Assembly (NCBI RefSeq): GCF_004010195.1
Contig: NC_057749.1
Coordinates: 5,597,634 to 5,661,633, forward strand
From: Chiloscyllium plagiosum
Taxonomy: Eukaryota
Direction: 5' to 3'
DNA length: 64,000 nt
Both the position numbers and the translations under genes were made by a program. Positions 1-13,784 of the stretch are shown here, one piece after another (the first letter of the stretch is position 1; every line of letters begins with the position of its first letter). The notes below the pieces were generated by a model. That model worked only from the letters and a program-made list of their open reading frames with translations. It ran no database searches and had not been told where the DNA came from.

Positions 1-1100
1 TGGGGAGTGGTGCCGGTGTAATTACGGAAGATCAACTGCTCTACGTAGCCAACAAAGAGACAGGCATATCTGGGGCCCATACATGTGCCCATGGCTACCC
101 CTTTGGTCTGGAGGAAGTGGGAGGATTCAAAGGAGAAATTGTTAAGGGCGAGGACCAGTTCGGTCAAACGAATTAGAGTGTCGGTGGAAGGGTACTGTTG
201 GGGACGTCTGGAGAGGGAAAAAAACGGAGGGCTTGGAGGCCCTGGTCATGGTGGATGGAGGTGTAGAGGGATTGGATATCCATGGTGAAGATGAGGTGTT
301 GGTGGCCGGGGAAACGGAAGTCTTGGAGGAGGTGGAGGGCGTAGGTGGTGTCTCGAACGTCTGTGGGGAGTTCCTGGACTAGGGGGGAATAGGACAGTGT
401 TGAGGTAGGTAGAGATGAGTTCAGTGGGACAGGAGCATGCTGAGACAATGGGTTGGCCAGGCTTGTGGCTCTTGGGCAGGAGGTAGAACCGGGCAGTGCG
501 GGGTTCCCGGACTATGAAGTTGGAAGCTGTGGGTGGGAGATCTCCTGAGGTGATAAGGTTCTGTATGGTCTGGGAAATGATGGTTTGGTGATGGGGGGTG
601 GGGTCATGGTCGAGGGGGCAGTAGGAAGAGGTGTCCTCGAGTTGACATTTGGCTTCAGCAGTGTAGAGGTCAGTGCGCCAGACTACCACTGCACCCCCTT
701 TATCCGCTGGCTTGATGGTGAGGTTGGGACTGGAGCAGAGGGATTGGAGGGCTGCCCCTTGTGAGGGTGAGAGGTTGGAGTGGGGGAGAGAGGTAGACAG
801 GTTGAGGCGGTTAATGTCCCGGCGGCAGTTGGAAATGAGGTCGAGAGCAGGTAATAGGTCAGCGCAGGGTGTCCAGGTGGATGCAGTGTGTTGGAGGTGG
901 GCGAAGGGGTCCTCGGAAGTTGGGCGGGAGTCCTAATTGTGAAAGTAAGCTCGGAGGCGGAGGCGATGGAAGAATTGTTCGACGTCATGGCGTGTATTAA
1001 ATTCATTGATGCGTGGACGGAGGGGGATGAAGGTCAGTCCTTTGCTGAGGACTGATCGTTCGTCCTCAGTGAGGGGGAGGGGATGGTGAAAACTCGGCAG
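1..1100 (-). mobile_element. Penelope-like element RT fragment (frameshifted)
   Basis: Translated pieces ARFYLLPK, PIVSACSCPTELIS and FTMDIQSLYTSI are typical of PLE reverse transcriptase; broken frames. Confidence 0.8.
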
Positions 1101-3760
1101 GGCTGGGAGCTGGTGTGGGTGCAGAGCTGGGAGTGGGAGCGGAACCTGTAACTGGAGTGGGTGTGATGGTGGGAGGAATGGGGGTGGAGTAGTTGGGATC
1201 TGGTGTGGGTGTAGTCATTGTTTTTACCTCCTAGATTGTAAGTTGTTTATATTTATTACAAAAGAACCTTAAGTCCTTCATGAAAGAAACAAAGCAGACA
1301 GCAGCAAAAGGAAAACGCACATTATGCTAGATGAAAATTAGTTCAGTGTCAGGGTGCAAAAAAAAAAGTAGGAGAAGCTTGAAGGCAAAGACAACTTTAG
1401 AAAGAGTAAACATGTGGACAGAAAACCTATTCAGGCTCACAGATAGTGACACATTGTCAAACTTTGGGAAAAGCCCAGGTGATCACGTTGGAATAGGACT
1501 CAATTACTGGTAAGTCTGTGTCTCAAGAAGTGACCTTCAAAATGAAAGCTGGTGCATAGGACGTGCACAAAAGAAGCCATACAGCTTCTTCAGTCTGATC
1601 CACATTTCAATACAATCACGGCTGACTTTCTACCTCAACTCCTTGTTCCCAGCTACTCCCCATATACCTCAGTTTCCTGACAGATCAAAGATCCATCCAT
1701 CACATTTAGTCAGCAATGGATGACCCACTGCTTTCTGGGTTTGGGAATTCTGAAGGTTTATACATGTCTCAGTGAGGAAATTTATCACCTCAGTCCTAAG
1801 TGACTGATTCCTTATCCTGAGACTATGCCCACTTCCCTACAAGCAGTCCAAACAGTTACAGCACAAAAACCCAAAATATAAATATTAAAACTAAACTGCA
1901 GTAAAATGGTTGACTCTTAGCTGCCCTTTGGAATGGCCTAGGGAGCTACTCAGTTCAAGGACAATTAGGGATAAGCAAAATTGCTGGCTCTGCCAGTGAT
2001 GCACACATCCCACAAAAGAATAAAACAAATAACTTCAATGAGACAACTGAACAAGTTATTTAAAAAATATTTGAGCTAAATGTAACAGTTCACAATTTTA
2101 CTGCAAGCTTACGAGGTGTTTATTTGCATCTGAAATTGCACAAAGCACTGTTCAACTCTGGAATTGGAGTTGTTGACTTTTCCTCTGCTAAATTATTCAT
2201 TTTACAAATACAGATTCATAAAATGTTTTCAAATTTAAATAAAGACTGAAAATCTTAGCCAATAAACAAAGTGCAGCTTCTGCCAAAGTTACTTTATCAA
2301 TCCACTGCAAAGGTAGACAGATTTTACTGAATTCTATACACAATGGATTATTAACAACTGTCTATGCAGAAAGTTCCAACACCACCTCTCTTGCATTTTG
2401 CAATTCTCACCATATGATCTGCATTCAACAGCTTTAAAGCGGATTTTTTTTTTAAATTGCAAAAGGCAAAGGGAATCTTTGAGGTGTTTTTAGCTTTACA
2501 CCCATCTTGGAAACATTACCTTTTATTGTGCAGTCGTATCAGTTTTCATTAGTGATTATGCTGAAATGAATACGTACAAAACAATGCTTCTTCAAGCAAC
2601 CTACTTTATGTTTAAAAAACACCTTCAGTTAATAAGCTGACTGCAAACTTCGCCAAATACTTTATCCATTCAGTTGCGGAGGTGTATTTTTAAATCTAAA
2701 ATATCAAAATATATGACACCACAGCCATGCAAGTTCTTTTCTATGTTGTTTGTGCAATTTTAGAAAAGTCCAATATCAAAGATAAGTGCCTCTACATCTC
2801 AGAATTAAACACAGCAATAACGGCTTAATCCCAGACTTCAAGATTCAGAGTTTGAGGATTGCAGAATTGGTAAGACACTCAAGTGCATAAAAGTCACCAA
2901 AATATCAGAATATGATTTAGCGGACTTTCTGACATACCTCCCATTGCTGAGTGATTTGCTTGCTGGATAACTAGCACTGAATTTTCTTTTCCAGAAATTT
3001 CATACATAAAAAAATGAAAAGGGTAAGGGTGATCCAAAAATCAAGAACTCAAATGCAATGACGTGATTTAAGGTCGGGTTTGAGGTGATGTTACTTAAGA
3101 ATTCAAAATTAGGCATAATAAAGGACATCACAAGTAGCATCTTTACGTGAGGAATAAGTACGTTTTTTTTAAAAAAAGTTCATTCATGAAGTGTGGGCAT
3201 TGCAGGCTTACCCATCCTTAGCTGCCCTTGAGATGATGGTGGTAAGCTACTTTCTTGAACCTCTGCGGTCCATTTAGAGTCAGAGAGATGTACAGCATGG
3301 AAACAGACCCAATCTAGTCCCATCTGCCAGCACCCAGCTCCTCACAATGCAGTTGGGGTGGGGGGGGGGGGGGGGGGGGGNNNNNNNNNNNNNNNNNNTC
3401 AGGACTTCACCCAGCAACAATGAAGGAACACAAACATTTAAGTCAGGACGGTGAGTGGCTAGGACAGCAGCTGATGTACCCTTTACCCTTATTCTCCCAA
3501 ATCATAGTGTCAGGAGTTTAGAGGCACTGTTTATAAAAGTTCAGGGTTGAGTAAATCGAACAGACAGATTTGTCTTTGACAGTATCAAGTTTCTTGAGTC
3601 AGGCAAATAGGGAGTATTTCGTTGCATTGCTGACTTTGTGTCTTTTATATGGTGCACAGGCTTTGGGGAGTCTGGTGGTGAGTTACTCACTGCAGGATTT
3701 CTCATCTGTGACCTGCTCTTGAACCAATATTATTTATAAGGCTGGTCAAGTTCAGTTCTG

Positions 3761-4098
3761 ATTAGATTAGATTAGATTACAGTGTGGAAACAAGCCCTTC
3801 GGCCCAACAAGTCCACACCGACCCGCCGAAGCGAAACCCACCCATACCCCTACATTTACCCCTTACCTAACACTACGGGCAATTTAGTATGGCCAATTCA
3901 CCTGACCCTGCACATCTTTGGACTTTGGGAGGAAACCGGAGCACCCGGAGGAAACCCACGCAGACACGGGGAAAACGTGCAAACTCCACACAGTCAGTCG
4001 CCTGAGGCGGGAATTGAACCCGGGTCTCTGGCACTGTGAGGCAGCAGTGCTAACCGCTGTGAGGCAGCAGTGCTAACCACTGTGCCACCGTGCCGCCC
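3761..4098 (-). mobile_element. tRNA-derived V-SINE (HE1-like)
   Basis: A/B-box head GGCACAGTGGTTAGC...GGGTTCAATTCCCG, V-domain TGTGTGGAGTTTGCAC, (TAATC)n tail. Confidence 0.85.
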
Positions 4099-4512
4099 GA
4101 AACACGGTGGTAACACGCAGGATACTCAGTGATGGTAATACCATTTGTGCTGATACTATAGCTCGAAGGTGCACTTTGTCTTGGTTTTTTCAAATGAAAA
4201 GAGGTTGAGTTAGAGGTGGAAAATGGTCTGTTTCAAGCCAATAAAGTAAACAGCTTGTGAAGGCTTGGGATTTTCTTTTAAGTTTCCTAATAGAATTAAG
4301 TTATTCCAATTCTTCCTTGTTCTGTTTGTATTTTTGCTATAGGGTAAGAACAGGTTTTGTTTTAAAAAGGAAAGCTAGATTGCAAAAACAAAACAAACAG
4401 AAGTCCATGTTAAGAAAATTAATCTTGCCTGCAGCATGGATACGTGCACTGGCCTGTTGGATCCAATGACCTATAAAACCCACGTAAGTTGGATAACTGA
4501 TCACAGGGAAAG

Positions 4513-6537
4513 AAATAGAACATCGAAAAATACATCGCAGTACAGGCCCTTTGGCCCTGGATGTTGCGCCGATCCAAGCCCACCTAACCTACACTAGCCC
4601 ACTATCCTCCATATGCCTATCCAATGCCCGTTTAAATGCCCATAAAGAGGGAGAGTCCACCAATGCTACTGGCAGGGCATTCCATGAACACTCAACTCGC
4701 TGAGTAAAGAATCTACCCCTAACATCTGTCCTATACCTACCACCCCTTAATTTAAAGCCATGCCCCCTTGTAATAGCTGACTCCATACGTGGAAAAAGGT
4801 TCTCATGGTCAACCCCATCTAAACCCCTGATCATCTTGTACACCTCTATCAAGTCACCCCTAAACCTTCTTTTCTCCAAAGAAAACAGCCCCAAATGCCT
4901 CAGCCTTTCCTCATACGATCTTCCTACCATACCAGGCAACATCCTGGTAAACCTCCTCTGCACCCGTTCCACCACATCCTTCCTATAGTATGGCGATGGC
5001 GACCAAAACTGCACACAATACTCCAGATGCAGCCGCACCAGAGTCTTATACAACTGCATCATGACCCCAGGACTCCGGAACACAACCCCCCTACCAATAA
5101 AAGCCAGTACGCCATATGCCTTCCACACCGCACTATTTACCTGGGTGGCAACTTTAAAAGATCTGTGTACATGGACACCAAGATCCCTCTGCTCATCCAC
5201 ACTACCAAGTATCCGACCATTAGCCCAGTACCCCATCTTTTTGTTACTCTTACAAAGTGAATCACCTCACACTTAGCTACATCGGCGATCTTAACAGCTG
5301 TGCGTGTTGTAAGGAGCACTTGAAACAGTCCCAGTCACCTGTTCGCCTTCTAGCTTTTTCTCCTGAGGTTTTTCACCACTATCCAGTCTCCAGATCGTGC
5401 AACTTCCCCTCTGCAGATTGGGGTAGTGTTGCTTTCACTTGATTCGATGCTTGACACAAAAGTGTAGAGAGTTTTACACAGTAACNNNNNNNNNNNNNNN
5501 NNNNNNNNNNNNNNNNNNNNNNNNNNNNNNNNNNNNNNNNNNNNNNNNNNNNNNNNNNNNNNNNNNNNNNNNNNNNNNNNNNNNNNNNNNNNNNNNNNNN
5601 NNNNNNNNNNNNNNNNNNNNNNNNNNNNNNNNNNNNNNNNNNNNNNNNNNNNNNNNNNNNNNNNNNNNNNNNNNNNNNNNNNNNNNNNNNNNNNNNNNNN
5701 NNNNNNNNNNNNNNNNNGAGGACATAAAAATCAAGGCTAATGGCTCTGCAATCTCCTCCCTTGCTTCCCGGAGAATCCTAGGATAAATGCCATCAGGGGA
5801 CTTATCTATTTTCACCCTTTCCAGAATTTCCAACACCTCTTCCCTACGTACCTCAAAGCCATCCATTCTAATTAATTGTGACTCAATATTCACATCGGCA
5901 ATAATATCCTGTTCCTGAGTGAATACTGACGAAAAGTATTCATTCAGTGTCTCCCCAATCTCTTCAGCATCGACACACGCAACTTCCCACTACTATCCTT
6001 GACTGGACCTATTCCTACCCTAGTCATTCTTTTATTCCTGACATACCTATAGAAAGCCTTAGGGTTTTCCCTAATCCTACCAAGGACTTTTCATGTCCCC
6101 TCCTTGCTGCTCTTAGCTCTCTCTTCAGATCCTTCCTGGCTACCTTATAACTCTCAATCGCTCTAATTGAACCTTCACGCCTCATCTTTACATAGGCCAC
6201 CCTCTTCCATTTAACAAGAGATTCAATTTCCTTATAAAACCATGGCTCCCTCACATGACCCTTTCCTCCCTGCCTGACAGGTACATACTTTTCAAGGACA
6301 CTCAATAGTTGCTCCTTGAACAAGCTCCACATATCAATTGTATCCATGCCTTGAAGCCTACTTTTCCAAGCCACGCATCCTAGGTCGTGCCTCACCGCAT
6401 CATAACTTCCCTGCCCCCAGCTATAACTCTTGCCCTGCAGTGCACACTTATCCCTCTCCATCACTAGAGTAAAAGTCACCAAATTGTGGTCACTGTCCCC
6501 AAAGTGCTCACCTACCTCCAATTCTAACACCTGGCCT
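4513..6537 (-). mobile_element. CR1 LINE fragments (3' end with RT C-terminus; EN/tether fragment), spanning a gap
   Basis: [18 protein letters not shown] and EHFGDSDHN motifs. Confidence 0.85.
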
Positions 6538-8546
6538 GAATGGATAGATGTTGTCAGCTGCAACCGAAAGAGATTGCTACAAGTACAAAATTCAAATGAG
6601 AGAGTGACATAAGCAATAAAACATACTTGGAACCTAACAACTTGAATCAACCTTAAGTAACTTTGCAAAACAGACAGCAATTACTGAAGTTCAGCTGTGA
6701 TGTTCATCAGATGTTTCCAGACACATCTTAAGGCAAAGCAATATAATACTAACTCAAGGAAAAGAACAAGCAATATCAATCCTGACCATATCTTCACATC
6801 TTCCAGAACTGAAACTCACTAGTTTCTTCAGCACTTGTGGGGTAGCCATGGCTCTGGTGGTAGCACTTTCACATTAGTTAGAAGGTTGTGGATTCAAGTT
6901 ATACTCCAGGACTGGAGTATAAAAACCATGACCAGAACAGCAGCACAATACTGAGCAATAGGTGATTTTACCTTTTGAGGAGATGAGACATTCAAAGTCC
7001 CATCTGGCTGTAAGCTCTAAGAGCTCCGTTGGCACTATTTTCAAAAGCAAAGCAGCATGATGCTCTGCGCCATATAACGATTCCCCCATATTCCTCAAAC
7101 AGCAGCTCAAAAACAAACCCTGATCATTGTGTTGCTGCTTGCTCTTCACAAACTGGCTGCCGTGTTTCCAACACTTCATAGTGATTGGTTTTCAAAAGTA
7201 CTACATCAGCTTTAAAGCACTTTGAGATACCTGGTGGCTGTGAACAGCACCGTGTGAATGCAAGTCATTCTCTCAGACAAATAATCACACACATGACAGG
7301 GAGAGATGGCTTTCCATCAAAAATAAACAGTCCTGTAGAACTCAGCAGGTCTGGCAGCATCAGAGGAACGAGAGCGAGAGTTCAATTCCGTCTAACCAGT
7401 CATGAAGAACATGATCCCAAACTAAACCAGTCCCACCTGCCTGCTCCTGGCCCATATCCCTCCAAATGTTAAAGTTATTAAAAGAACTAACTCCAGCATA
7501 TACTACATAGCACGTGAATATAAATGTTCAAGGACATAAGAAATACCAGCAGTAGGAAGTCATTTAGTCCTTCCAGCCTATATTACCATTCAACAATTTT
7601 TGCTGATCTTTAACCTCAACGCCATTTTCCTGTATTGTACTATACTGCTTACTTCCCTTGTGATGAAAGTTGTGCAAAATATTATGATTTTTGGAACTTG
7701 CTTTAGAAAGAGAGGTATACAGATAGATAGATTAGTGCTGTGTAGGAAAAATCAGAAAGTCATTCTGGAACCAATACTTAAATACATCAATTCCAAGACG
7801 ACAAGTAACTGCCATGAAGGGCAGAGTTTTACCAGAACCAGCTCGGAGGAAAATTAAAAATTTGAGAAAGGAGTATAATTTATTTTAACTCTATAACAGC
7901 TAGTGTTGTGAAACACTAGACACTGCTTCTGCAGAACAAATTAAAATATCTTTGTGATAGCTGAGACTACATATTTGGGAATAAACTATGCTAGTAGCTG
8001 GAGAGTCAGATACTTACAGATGGCTAACAACAGGATGTGGTCAGTGCGTCTGTAATTAGACACTGCCACATTGGATATAATTATAGAGCAGGTAGTCGGG
8101 TTTGAGCGCTCTTGGGAGTCTGCGACGAAGACAGACTCCGATCACCTTGAAAACAAAAAGTTATTCGAATGCTCATCAGTTAATAAAATATTAATAATAA
8201 ATCTATTTGAAAACGGCAGCAAGTCTAAATTAAAAAAACTTGTTGTAGAACAAATGACGTGTCGGAGTCAAACAGAACTTTGTCTTGTAAGCTAAATAGC
8301 TCTCTGTTGCAACATTAACCAACAAATAGCATCCACTTACATAGATGGAGCCAATGCTGCAGTACTCTGGTGAAAGAGATCAAAATTGACTATCATGTGC
8401 ATATGATCCACCTGACAGTGCTGGGACTAACAGCTTTAACTCGGTCATATCCAGTAGTTCATTTCTAAATTGCCCAAAGGATCCAAATTAACAGGATTAA
8501 AGTGGTTGGAGAAATCAAACCAGAACTCTCACAAATAGGTCCTTAC

Positions 8547-8626
8547 CTCTGTCACAAGTTATATTAGGATGCCACCAGTGCTGTTTCTTTCCCCTCTTTT
8601 CTTATCAGCCTCCAACTTCTTTTGTC
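8547..8626 (-). other. Candidate 5' UTR exon of the CpG-island gene
   Basis: ttgcag acceptor and AG|GTAAGG donor; stops in all three frames. Confidence 0.4.
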
Positions 8627-11503
8627 CTGCAATTTTTAAAAGCACAAAAGAAAAGGTTTTAAATTCTAGCCCAGCGTGGATGCTGTTCAAGGATGTTTGT
8701 GTACATAATTAATGGTTTTCAAAACTAAGTGCTGCAATTTCCATAATAATAATTAGAGCCAACACCAGCTCCGCCACAGAAAGCTAGCCAATCCACAAGG
8801 ATACACTCTAAAGGCCTCAATTGTGCAGTAAGCCAAAATATTAAACAGTACAAGAAATGGTTTCTTTGAACAAAACAGGTGTTTGCTTCCATTGTACTAA
8901 AATGACTGCAGTGAGCAGAATCACTCCCTGCTGGTGACATTGCCATGACAAAACGAAAAGCAAAATTCACTTCAACACAATAGCAATCGAACCAAATTTA
9001 TGTACAATAAACAAAACCATTGCTAAGTGCAACACTTTCTCCTATCTCTCACTGTTAACAAAAACTCAATTGTTAAAAATAGTATTATTAGACTCATTGT
9101 GAGCAACACCATGGGTTAGCTAATCAAGAAAACAGAGCATCCATTAAGTAACAAATACTAGATCAACAAAATGTTACACTGGGTTAGAATTGCAATGTCA
9201 GCCATTTATAGATATGGCTATTTTAGTATTAACATGTAGTCAAAGTATGAATTGCAGTAATAAACAAGTTATCCTTCCCATCTTTGAATCAAAGATGATC
9301 TGATCTTGCTTTACAAATTTATGAATTGCGAGCAGCAGTACGCCACTTGTCCTTCAATATTGTTAATAAGGTCATGGCTGATCAGATTTTAGGACAGCAT
9401 TAACTCCCCAGTTAGCCTTAAGATGATGGTGGTGAGTTGCATTCTTAGGTACATCCACAGTACTGTTGGAGAAGTAGCTCCAGGATTTTCAAACAGTGAC
9501 AACAAAGGAACAACAAAACTGATCCAAGTGAGGATGGTGTGTGGCTTGGAGGAGAACTTGCAGCTGGCGGTGTTCCCAAGAATCTATTGCCCTCATCCTT
9601 CCAGGCAAATACCACAGATTTGGAGAGTGCTGTCAAGCGAGAGGCCACAGTGCATGGATAGTGGAGGGACCTAACAGTTTAAGGTGTCAGAGGAGATGCT
9701 AATTAAGTGGCTGCTTAGTCCTGGATTGCGTGACACTTGTGTTGAATATTGTCGCATCTGCATTCATCCTGGTAAGCTGAAAAGAGGCACTCACTTCCGA
9801 TTAGATTCCAAAAGGAAGTGAGGAATTTCAGGATATGTGGTCTCGTTTTAGTGATAAAAACATGAACACATTTTCTTCCAGGTCATGGGCAACCTAGAAA
9901 ACGGAGGAACAGGAATTGGCCATTTAGCTACCATTAGATCATGGCCAATCTCAGACTTAACTTCATTTACCGGTTTTAGAACCAAATAGCTAGAAAGAAC
10001 AAAGAAACAACCTAATTTTTAAATCTGGCTAATTAATTGTTCAGACCTTTGCAGACAAACATGCAGAACTTATTTAAAGTGTTTCCTCATGTTCACTTCT
10101 GAAAGATCTAGATTTGCAAATTAAAACTATTCCTCATCCCTTAACCAGTCTTTAATTAGCAAAGTAGTTTCTCCCAATCTATTCTGTCCAATTCTAGAGA
10201 ACTTTAATCAAATCACTCTCTGACCTTCTAAACTCCAGGTGTACTCCAGTTTTAGGCTAATCTGTGAGATTGTGTTGTACATAAAGAATGGAGAATGTTT
10301 AGGGCTGTTGTAGTGTCTCTATCTCTGAGCAAGAAAGCTTGAAGTGCTATCTGTTCCAGACTTTGTCATAACATGTCTGAAATGACTGAATAAAGATAAT
10401 CCACATTCCTTGTTTGATTGCTTCTTTGTACCTCAACTTTTGCAACCTAGGTTGCATCTCAATTTATCTATAAACGCAGTCCCAAAGGCCAATATGTCCT
10501 CAGGTGTCAGTCAAAAATTGCACACAGTACTCTGGTGTAATCTAACTGGTGCTGCGTGTAGCTGAAACAATCTGTACCAGCTTGGATTCTATCACTCTAG
10601 CATTTTGAGTTTTTTTTATTCTATGAAAATAATTAAACATTACAGCAGGGCGGGCAGTCAGCCTGTTGCATTGACAGGCTTTCCGCAAAAGCAATTCCAC
10701 TGAAACTACATCGTCACCCTTTTCTCCCCAAGTCTGCAAATCTTTCTTCAGATAATGACTCAATTACTTTCTGAATCAAGACCACACTTTCAGGTGATAC
10801 ATCCCAGATCTTAACCACACATTATGTAGAACTGTTTTACCTCGTATCACCATTGCTTCTTTTGCAAATCACTAAAAATCAGTGTCCTCTGCTCCATGAT
10901 CTGTCTACTAGTACAAACAGTTTCTCTCTTGATTCTGATTTTGAATACCTGGCAAATCTCCTCCCAACCTCTTCCTCTCCAAGGAGGACAACCTTAACTT
11001 CTCCCATCTGTCTCCAACTCAAGTTTTGTTATAGTCCTAGACCAAACTATGAAATTGATGTTACAATTTGACTAGAAGGGACCATTAACAGGATTCCAAG
11101 GTTTTGAACAAAAAAAAACTATACCATACAACATTAGAACAATGTATAACTTACATTCTAAACTCAAAATTAGCATATGGTAAATATGGTTAAGAAACTG
11201 TGATGGAACAACTGCAGCTCACACCAAAAAGATACGCAATGAAAACAAAGCCCAGGGATCACTCAGCAAATTCCCTCAAATATTAATGACATGGGTCACT
11301 GTATCTTATTAAAACTTCACAAGAGATTGTAAATTTTTCACTTCAACCAAGTTGGCCTCAAAACTTACTGAGTCACAAACTGACTCAATGCCTACTAACA
11401 TTCTAACTGATCACTCTTCCTTCCTTCCTGGGTCTATGTTCCCCCAGACACCAAAAAAATATACTCCAACACTTAACTGGTACAACTCCAACTTTTCACT
11501 TAC

Positions 11504-11595
11504 AGCAATCTTCACCAAGTTAGAGCTACTCCTGAGCATGTATCCTTCTGCTCCTGCACCTCCTTCTGAATTTACTTCATCCTCCTCATTGCTTG
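11504..11595 (-). other. Candidate 5' UTR or early exon of the CpG-island gene
   Basis: ttattttggtag acceptor, GTAAGT donor, purine-rich body; no recognisable protein. Confidence 0.35.
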
Positions 11596-12596
11596 CTACC
11601 AAAATAAATCATTTCAAAACTTGTCTGCATTTATTTTCATCTGCGAACTCACTTGGCTTGTATCGTTTGCAATGTGCATTTATTTTAATCAACCGGTTCG
11701 GATATGGTACAAACACATACAGCTCTTCTTTTACTTCACAGCAAGCTTAACATCAATTTTAAAAGTGGCATTTTTGAAGTTATTAAGTCTTGAAGTTATT
11801 AAATTCAGTTTGTAAACTCATCTTGTCAAATCCTCACAAGCAAACAGATTACTTAAAAAGGTGAACAACTGCAGACAGTCAGATGCTCTGGCACAAGTCA
11901 CAATATGTTTCATGGAGATACATGTATAATCTAGCAAGTTAATGGTTGTTGTACAAGGTACCAATGAGACCATGTCTTGAAAACTATGCTTTGGAGGGTG
12001 GTTTCCTAAGTACCCACGTGGGTTGTCAATAGCTAATCATATGAAGACAAACTGGATAGGGTGCAGTTGTTTCCACTGATGTTTAGAAGAGGGGTTATGT
12101 GATTGAAGTGTAAATGATTCTGAATGATCTTCACAAAATGGCATAGAAAGGAGATTTCTTCTTGTGGGACTGTCCAGAATTAGGTGATTTTTTAAAAAAT
12201 GAAGGGGTCACCCTTTCAAAAGCATAGATGAGGAGAGGTTTTGTTTCAAATCTCACAACGTCGTGCACTTTTGGACCTCTGTCTTAGAAGGCAGTGAAGG
12301 TGTGGTCATTGAGTATTTTTATGACTATTGGATCAATTTTTGATAGGCAAGGGAATAAAGATCTATCAGGGTAGATAAAAACATGAAACTCAAGCGAGAA
12401 TAGCCATGAGTGTAATTGTAGGGTAAAGCAGTCTTAAGGGGCCCAACAGATGACTTATGTTCTATTTCATACATTCACAAACCAGTTAACAAAAGTAAAA
12501 CACAGATGCTGAAAATACTGATCAGGTTAGGCAGCCTCTGCAGAGAGAAAACAATCACAAATTTCCAGTTAAAATGTCCCTCACTAGTTGACAAAT

Positions 12597-12775
12597 GCAG
12601 CACTGGAAAAGCACAGTCAGGTAGCACCTGAGCAGCAGGAGAATCGACGCTTTTAGCATAAGTTCTTCATCATTCCTGATGACTGTTAATTCTCCTGCTC
12701 CTTGGATGCTGCAGGACTGGCTGTGCTTTTCCAGCACCACACTTTTTGACTCTGATCTGCAGTCCTCACTCTACC
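12597..12775. mobile_element. Palindromic Penelope-type short element, degenerate
   Basis: CTGGAAAAGCACAG...CTGTGCTTTTCCAG inverted arms around decayed CTGATGA/GAAA motifs. Confidence 0.7.
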
Positions 12776-13526
12776 AAAGCAGCTTCACCTAAAATGTTTC
12801 CAGCAATTTGATTTTTATTGAGACGAAAATCCCTCAAGTAATTAGTTTGCAACAACTGGGGAGAGAAAAAAAAAACACAGACAATAAGCTAGGAGCAAAT
12901 TCCAGAGCACTGGTGCAAATTATATAATGCAACATGAAGGCAAAAAAGGTTCATCAGTAACCAGCCACCATATTGGCATACACTCCCAAATAAATACAGG
13001 TATGTCCATACACAAGAACAGGAGTCAGCCATTCAGTCCCCCTGCATCTGTTCCACCATTTAAGGAGATCATGGGCGACTTGTGGCTTAATTCCATTTGT
13101 CTGCCTTTGGCTAATATCCCCTAATACCATTTTTTTTTGTTAAATCAAGCTTAGGTAACATACACAATATGGCAAGTAGATTTAATTCCAACAGCAGAGC
13201 CTGCATAATCACTTGGGAAAAAATGCATAAGGTGAAACACATCTAATTGCAAACGATGCACGAGATTTTCCCTGCTTAGAAAACGGCAGCGGGTTTTATT
13301 CCAAATAAATCTGCGGTGACAGTCACCTCAAAGACGCGATGTCAATATGATTTGCACTTTTATTAATGCAAGGTCGCCGCCGCCGTGCAATACATCTGGC
13401 CTGAGCTGGATGGTGCATTTGCCCTCTGTGTCAATGCCTGCCCTCTGCACCCGTGCTGCACAGACCCAGCTCCCCTGCTGCAACGCCAGGCCTAGCCTGA
13501 CCTGACCGAGCCTGTCCTGCCCTTAC

Positions 13527-13770
13527 CGTTCCAGTGGCTGACACTGCCAGGGGGACAGCCCGCGGGTGGAATCGGAGGTTCAGCTTGCTGGTTTCATTCT
13601 AGTCTCTATATTCACCCTCTCTCCCTCTCACACATACCCCCCCACCACCACCACCCCGGGTGTCCAGGTTAACCGTCGAGACGGCTTCCCTTTTTAATCT
13701 CTCTCTCTCTCTCCCCCGGAGACGCTTCCTTCGCCTTCACTTCACGGGAGCCGCCTCTCGCGAGCAGGCA
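13527..13770 (-). other. Probable first (non-coding) exon of an unidentified minus-strand gene
   Basis: Lies in a CpG island; strong donor CG|GTAAGG at 13526; contains only short ORFs (e.g. ATG AAA CCA GCA AGC TGA); start position approximate. Confidence 0.55.
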
Positions 13771-13784
13771 TTCTGAACCCGCCC

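Noticed and set aside
13580..13597. ATG AAA CCA GCA AGC TGA as a selenoprotein or readthrough start
   Set aside because: No downstream homology or SECIS evidence; a short uORF is simpler
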